Shown here one piece after another: positions 59,755 through 64,000 of a stretch of 64,000 nucleotides of DNA. A model generated the notes under the pieces. It did not search any database. It was not told where the DNA came from and saw nothing but the letters and a program-made list of their open reading frames with translations. The position numbers and the translations under genes are program-made. How positions within the stretch are numbered: position 1 is the stretch's first letter; every line of letters starts with the position of its first letter. This DNA is from Penicillus capitatus (taxonomy: Eukaryota > Plantae > Chlorophyta), in assembly GCA_965649825.1 (NCBI GenBank), contig OZ287697.1, forward strand, positions 769,635 through 833,634. The letters are read 5' to 3'.

Positions 59755-60957
59755 ATGCGTCTGAGTCGTGCGAATCTCTGCGCGTTCCTTGTTTGTCTGC
59801 TGAGCATCATAGGGTCAGGATGCGCCAACGAGGCAGTGCATAGCATGCACGAACTGGAGCCCTTCTTTTCGCACAAGACCCCGCCCTGGAATGCAGATGA
59901 AGTGCCGCTGGAGGATGAAGATGTGCAGGAAGATGAATCGCCTGCCTTGTTCGCCGAGGCACCTCAAATCGCACTCTTCGAGAAGCATTCGAGCGGCGAC
60001 GTTGTGCGCGTTCTCGGCATCGAGTCGGAAGGCTCCGTGTGCTGCGTGTCGAGCAAGCCGGGCCGCGTGGACTGTTTCATACGCGGACCCTGGTCGAACG
60101 TTCTGCACATGAGCGTGGAAAACGGAGTGTACAGCGACTGGGACAACCTCGGCGGCTGGATTACGGGCGACATCGACTGTGTCAGCAGAAAAGAAGACTT
60201 CGTCGACATACTGAGTACCGATTCAGCCAACCACATCATGGTCAAGCAGTACACAGACGGGGAGTGGAGTAAATGGCAGAAAGGAACTGACGTTGTCAAG
60301 GAAACGCCATCCTGCGTTGTGAGAACGTCAGAAGTGGTCGAATGCGTAGTTTTGCACATAAACGCCCGTTTGTACAATCTTATCTCCATAAAAGGAACAT
60401 TTTCACTCAAACTTCTAGATCTTGGTGGTTCCATTAGGAAACGGCCGACATATGGATCATTTGACGAGAAGTCGACCACATACTTTGCCGTGAACTCTGG
60501 CAATAAACTTCAAGGACGAACTCTGACTGTAGTAGTTACGAAACCTGTCTGGGGACCTTGGTTCGATCTCGAGCTGTGGACAAGGGAAAGACCGAGTGTC
60601 ACATCATGGCCTGGGAAGCAAATGCACCTCTTCGCTCTGGACATGCGCAACGAAATCATGCACAAGACATTCAATGGAGAGTGGAGTGCATGGTTCAATC
60701 TGGGAGGCAAATTCGAATCCGCTCCCGAATGTGTCTCGACAGGACCATCCACAGTCTACTGCTTTGCCATCGGCAGAGATATGTTTCTCTACGGAAACAC
60801 TCTAGATGGATGGGAGTGGAGCGGATGGAATCGATTTTCGATCGACACGCGCTTCTTCGATAAGCCATCCTGCATCATTCTCACGGACAGCAAGATCAGT
60901 TGTTATTTGATTTCGACTGGCAGGAAGGTCGTGGAACTCATTACCACCATCTCTTAA
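59755..60957 (+). CDS. Secreted seven-repeat beta-propeller protein, PLL-type lectin-like (copy C), intronless
   Basis: Signal peptide MRLSRANLCAFLVCLLSIIGSGCA, acidic linker, then CCVSSKPGRVDCFIRGPWSNVLHM, WDNLGG, RPSVTSWPG and WFNLGGKFESAPEC. Confidence 0.82.
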   Translation: MRLSRANLCAFLVCLLSIIGSGCANEAVHSMHELEPFFSHKTPPWNADEVPLEDEDVQEDESPALFAEAPQIALFEKHSSGDVVRVLGIESEGSVCCVSSKPGRVDCFIRGPWSNVLHMSVENGVYSDWDNLGGWITGDIDCVSRKEDFVDILSTDSANHIMVKQYTDGEWSKWQKGTDVVKETPSCVVRTSEVVECVVLHINARLYNLISIKGTFSLKLLDLGGSIRKRPTYGSFDEKSTTYFAVNSGNKLQGRTLTVVVTKPVWGPWFDLELWTRERPSVTSWPGKQMHLFALDMRNEIMHKTFNGEWSAWFNLGGKFESAPECVSTGPSTVYCFAIGRDMFLYGNTLDGWEWSGWNRFSIDTRFFDKPSCIILTDSKISCYLISTGRKVVELITTIS

Positions 60958-61206
60958 GCAACCTGCATCGCAGTTTTTTGCATGGACACGGCGAATGCCT
61001 GTTTAGATTTAAAATCAGGGGGTTAATCTGCGTCTGCGGGGGTTCACGACGTTCCAGTTCGAATCGCGGTATCACTCGTCGAGTCTCTCTTCTGATGAAC
61101 GACGGCGGCAGAGGCGTGCAATTCGTCAGTCTCCTCTGAGAAAGGGCTCGGCGAATGGTGTTGGTGCATCAGAAAAACACGTCGCTTCGCAGCACGGTAT
61201 GGCCAT

Positions 61207-62079
61207 TCATTCACTCGTCACGGTTCTGCACGCAAGGTACGTCACACTAAGTTTGCGTCTGTTGTTCTGATGGAATACGATGAGAATAATCTTAGAAAAA
61301 TAAACATTAAAACGGACGCGCTGGAACACAGGATTGTAACTGCGATCTGTACGTTTCACAAACGAACAGCCTACCGCTAACGCGTACTCCCTTACTCTTT
61401 CGAGCGAATTCTCACAACACTGTATCCAGAGTTTCTTCGCCGAACGGTTCTCCCGTCGCAGGGCCGGTCGCTCCAATGCGCCCGGCACTCGATTCTGTAA
61501 AAAGAATTGAAAGCGAAAATCTCTCTGTCGCTGCAGCATCGTCATCGGCGTCAACTGCAACGTGGGATCTTTTGCAGACTGTGGAGGCACTCTTGCCAGC
61601 AAAACAACAGCCGGAGGTTGGTGACCAGCATCTTTAGTAGCGCAGACGCGGCGAGACTCGACGGAAACGATAATTGCTTCGAGGTGCACACGAACGCAAA
61701 ACGGACAGCTTTCAGTGGCGTCTGTCGGAATGCTTTCGTCAGACGATCTGTTTGCAAGCGAACAGCAGACACGCGCTCGGTCGTTGGGCGTTTTAGGTTT
61801 GGCAGCGGGAGCAGGAAGGAGTTTCGCGATTTTGGGATCAAATCTCCGCATTCGATTGGCGGTTTCGTCGAGAAAGCTCTTCGGTGCGATGACCCTTGTG
61901 TCTGTGTCGTTTGAATACCTCTGAGAGAGCCCAAGCAAGGGACGGCGCGAATCTCGCCGTTCTGCAAGGAAGGCGCGTGCGTGTTCCTCGCAACCACCGG
62001 TCATCGAGTTCGCCCCGTTCAGCGCAAACGAACGGATGAGCACGAACACTTCAGCCAAGCGCGTTTGCATGGCTGCCAA
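61207..62079 (-). CDS. Orphan ORF (290 aa), no recognisable domain
   Basis: Long stop-free frame starting at an ATG in a gene-poor stretch. No motif support. Confidence 0.25.
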   Translation of the reverse strand: MAAMQTRLAEVFVLIRSFALNGANSMTGGCEEHARAFLAERRDSRRPLLGLSQRYSNDTDTRVIAPKSFLDETANRMRRFDPKIAKLLPAPAAKPKTPNDRARVCCSLANRSSDESIPTDATESCPFCVRVHLEAIIVSVESRRVCATKDAGHQPPAVVLLARVPPQSAKDPTLQLTPMTMLQRQRDFRFQFFLQNRVPGALERPALRRENRSAKKLWIQCCENSLERVREYALAVGCSFVKRTDRSYNPVFQRVRFNVYFSKIILIVFHQNNRRKLSVTYLACRTVTSE

Positions 62080-64000
62080 ATCAGATCTGCCGGGAGGAGG
62101 ACCGCATGCGTCCAGTCAGACGGCGCGATCGAACCTCGCTCGGTAAGAGGTGTGGATTCTCTGCAGAATTGGACGTCGCTATACAAATCCCACACTCATC
62201 TAATATTCGAGTACGGCAGACCACTTGTTTTCGTACACGAACAACCAGAAGCAGCAATGCGGTGTGGTTTATTCGCCTTATTTTCTAGATGAGAGCCTTG
62301 CAGGATTCAATGGTTCGGATGAAGAGGGGAGAGCTCGATAGAGTGTTCACATGTTGCAGCACGTGTTCCGTTGAAAGTGAGCGTTTCCCGGAGCTTTGCA
62401 CACAAAAGCGAGAACCGATACTTGGCACATGCAAACGCGACTCTGTGGAACATACACTCTCTTGTCAACATTTCGCAGTATCTCCAGTTCTACTATAATA
62501 GCTTCTAACTCGAATCTCCCTAGAAAGAAAGGCAGAGCAGCGGACAGTCTATTTTGCCGATCAGCGGGACCGCAACGAGAAGTTCTTTCGGTACAACGCT
62601 AGCGAATCGTTGTTCGGTTAGAATGACGCCGCATAGAAACGTGGTGGAGCCCACCAAGTGCGATGGACTGTCTACTATGTTGAGATAACCCAAATCGCGT
62701 TTGAAGGGCCTGCGGTCTGTGTGCACGGAGAGCGCGACGACGAGGACGGCGGCGATGAGAAGGCTTGGAAATCGCCTCCGAGTCTGTAAGCAAACACGGC
62801 AAAGGCAGAAACTAGAGCACTCCTGGCAAGAACCAGACAGTCCAAGTATGCATACTCTTCTTCAGAGGTCGACAACAAGAAACTCATTGTTTCCTGAGTC
62901 CAGGAGGAGTGAAGACTGTCGTGTCTCCTGCTCCGCATCAATGAGGCTGCCAAGATCGCCGGAAATCCGTCGAGAACGGAAGCAGCGATAGAGACGCTGT
63001 CGATTGCAAGGCATGTAGCTGCCTTCATAGCAGTTGAGTGGCGTGTCCGGTGCCCAATATTCATACGTGGTTTCCATGTCTTCCAGTCCCTGTCCGACTG
63101 CATCTCCTTCGGGAGTGGATAAGCAGAAATGTCAAGTGCAATCGTCTCAGGCAACAAGACAATGACGATCTGGTGCCCATTCTTACAAAGTGCGTCTGAT
63201 GTTTTTGACAGAAAGCAGTCTAGTACAAACGAATGCCGACATAACATCGGCACCTTCCATTGAACATATCGAGCAGTAGTACATGTAAAGCTGCTTGTCT
63301 CCTTAGACAAAATGATATGGGACACAGTTTATACATTCAAAAGTAGGCGGACGGGCCGCCGATTCCTTGCACGATCCGCAGAGTACGCCAGCTTGTCATC
63401 TTGCTGACTTGACTGGTACCTATGGACGGACTCTTTGCTAATTGGAAGAAAACCTTCCCGTCTGCGGCTTTTCATGCCATCGATCACGTTTAGTCAAATC
63501 ACATGTTTCATCAAAGACGCAGCGAAGGACATTTAAAACGCTCAAGTCCACAAAACGTTCGTAGGGAAAATAAAGATGTTCCACAATGATTGGCAACGAT
63601 TTGCTAGAGAGATCAGGAGCTACTTACTGTAAGATGACTTGGATTTACGGCATGGCAAATTGACGGAGAAGAAGAAGTGGGCAATGCAGAATAACAGGGT
63701 CATTGTCTAACGAAGTATATCCCAGATGGGCGTCACATGATAGGACAGGATCTGTTCGGTCATGTGGCGCCCATCTGGCTTATAGATCGCCAGACAAAAA
63801 TTAGGGTGCCCTCGAAACCGAAACCGGTTACCGAGGGACCTGAGTGAAGAAGGAAGGAGATCTCAAAAATTGAGGAGCGGTGGCCATTACCACAAGAAGC
63901 CTGTCGAACAGGCAGCCCATCGGCCGATATCCTGCGGATCTGCGAGGTCCGAGGTGCGAGACAGCGGAAGGAATGAAGGGAGCACACTACTGGGCCCGCC

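Overview
This is eukaryotic nuclear DNA, very probably from a green alga. The evidence is a plastid ATP/ADP transporter, a PTS2-bearing MenB, a plant-type KINbetagamma/SNF4, a SnRK2-like kinase, a four-domain Ca2+ channel and an IFT80 homologue, all in the standard genetic code with short (about 45-60 nt) spliceosomal introns. Positions 1-51 kb are an extremely compact run of about 25 housekeeping-type genes, with start codons as close as 37 bp head-to-head and stop codons that abut or overlap tail-to-tail. The run is interrupted by one intact, apparently very young 1,057-bp non-autonomous LTR element (TRIM) at 3322-4378. It has identical 206-bp LTRs, a 5-bp TSD, a PBS that looks complementary to a tRNA-Ala 3' end, a PPT and a stem-bulge-stem hairpin in the LTR. 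Positions 51-64 kb are a loosely packed accessory compartment containing three intact, intronless, strongly diverged secreted or anchored seven-repeat beta-propeller proteins resembling the bacterial PLL-type lectin fold, plus a truncated pseudogene copy. This lectin-like cluster is the best candidate for an undescribed system. Other notable items are a divergent, C-terminally truncated IFT80, a pseudo-enzymatic aldose-1-epimerase-like organellar protein, and an EEEE channel with a Nav-like III-IV linker. Exon boundaries were read by eye, so gene spans are approximate and no database search was run.
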